From IMG/VR virus record IMGVR_UViG_3300023314_000004, positions 64,001 through 121,611 of that record: a DNA stretch of 57,611 nt. One strand, 5' to 3'. Shown here one piece after another: positions 56,945 to 57,611 of this stretch. The DNA is from a virus. Its lineage: Duplodnaviria; Heunggongvirae; Uroviricota; Caudoviricetes. The notes beneath the pieces were generated by a model. That model made no database searches and was not told the DNA's origin. It worked only from the letters and a program-made list of their open reading frames with translations. Position numbers and translations under genes: made by a program. The number at the start of each line of letters is the position of its first letter. Within the stretch, counting starts at the first letter, position 1.

Positions 56945-57266
56945 TTTCTAGTAATTTAAAAGCTTGTTCAAAAGCTGCTTTTTCACATTCTGATCTTGAT
57001 ACATATTCATTCTCAGAATATTTTACACATTCTATTGTATATGACCATTCTGGGTAGTAATAAATAGTTATAACATGCCCTTCTTCATCGAAAAAATCGT
57101 ATAACATTCTATTATTTCCCTCTACAAATGCCTGAACAGCTCTATCTACTAATTCTTGTGTAATTTCTGGCTTGTCTGGATTGTTTTCAAACATAGCTTG
57201 TTGAGCTTTTATTAGAAATTTTTTAGCAAATTCCTCTAATTTCTCTTTACTTTTAGGTCCTATCAT
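56931..57266 (-). CDS. Hypothetical protein (111 aa)
   Basis: Coupled ORF in the - strand operon. Confidence 0.6.
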   Translation of the reverse strand: MIGPKSKEKLEEFAKKFLIKAQQAMFENNPDKPEITQELVDRAVQAFVEGNNRMLYDFFDEEGHVITIYYYPEWSYTIECVKYSENEYVSRSECEKAAFEQAFKLLENGGN

Positions 57267-57445
57267 AATTTAGATTTTAAATACTCTAATTCCTCACAAT
57301 CTAAATTCCGGATGAGAGCTATTTCAAATTCCTGCAATATCCTCATAGCTTCATCTAAAGGCATTAGATTTGTTGGTCTTTTCTTTTCCCTGTCTATATA
57401 TTCATAAGCTTGCAGCTTATTTAAATATTCTAATGTAACACTCAT
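57263..57445 (-). CDS. Hypothetical protein (60 aa)
   Basis: Coupled ORF with ATGA-type overlaps on both sides. Confidence 0.55.
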   Translation of the reverse strand: MSVTLEYLNKLQAYEYIDREKKRPTNLMPLDEAMRILQEFEIALIRNLDCEELEYLKSKL

Positions 57446-57609
57446 ATTAATTTCTTTTGTGTAATTTCATTAAATATCTCTCTTTCTTCGTACCGTTCCC
57501 AATACTCATCTTCTTCATAATTAAATTCTAATCCATAAAGCTCATTCCAAAAATTAGCTAATCGAGGATCTTTCTTATAAATCTGATGTTGAACTGTTAA
57601 ATCTTCTCC
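57442..57609 (-). CDS. C-terminal fragment of a protein entering from the right edge (partial)
   Basis: Open frame GEDLTVQHQIYKKDPRLANFWNELYG...QKKLI, with its TGA overlapping the ATG at 57445. Confidence 0.55.
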   Translation of the reverse strand, partial: GEDLTVQHQIYKKDPRLANFWNELYGLEFNYEEDEYWERYEEREIFNEITQKKLI

Positions 57610-57611
57610 AT

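Larger units (their letters stand above)
1..57611. other. Segment of a crAss-like (Crassvirales-related) Bacteroidota phage genome
   Basis: Gene order ring/IHF-like/ring/muzzle-type followed by giant ejection proteins with a DxDxD virion RNAP; convergent structural (+) and replication (-) arms; tightly coupled genes (TAATG/ATGA overlaps); Bacteroidota-type promoters; no host housekeeping operons, integrase or transposase. Confidence 0.85.

Noticed and set aside
1-57611. tRNA genes, CRISPR arrays, integrase/transposase, DGR reverse transcriptase, group I/II introns
   Set aside because: No cloverleaf-like sequence, spaced direct repeats, catalytic motifs or intron-sized gaps seen by eye; tRNAscan/CRISPR tools would be needed to exclude them formally.

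Overview
The whole window reads as part of a lytic, AT-rich, podovirus-type genome of a crAss-like (Crassvirales-related) phage infecting a Bacteroidota host. The host call rests on TTTG-N20-TAnnTTTG promoters, little sign of Shine-Dalgarno sites, and signal peptides followed by Gln. The + strand arm (1-51389) carries late/virion genes: a tail-collar-like gene end, ring/IHF-like/muzzle-type tail genes, and four giant ejection proteins including a virion RNA polymerase (GFRIPTQ and GSDFDVDK motifs) that is broken by a one-base frameshift at about 26490-26510. These are followed by tail fibres, a block of signal-peptide-bearing proteins (fibre-like, alpha/beta-hydrolase-PKD, RCC1-like-PKD), a lysis-like membrane cassette, two glycosyltransferases and a candidate Acb2/Tad1-like sponge protein. 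The - strand arm (51423-end) carries nucleotide and recombination genes (HNH-like, RelE/DUF4258-like, dUTPase, RecA, class II RNR NrdJ, DUF5664-like purine dNTP diphosphohydrolase). The arms converge on a bidirectional terminator. No tRNA, CRISPR array, integrase or transposase was seen. The most promising leads are the exported 'host-like' protein cluster in the tail-fibre region, the split virion RNAP, a GG-motif cargo polyprotein with a lytic transglycosylase, and a 580-bp structured non-coding region. All functional calls come from motif recognition by eye; no database searches were run.
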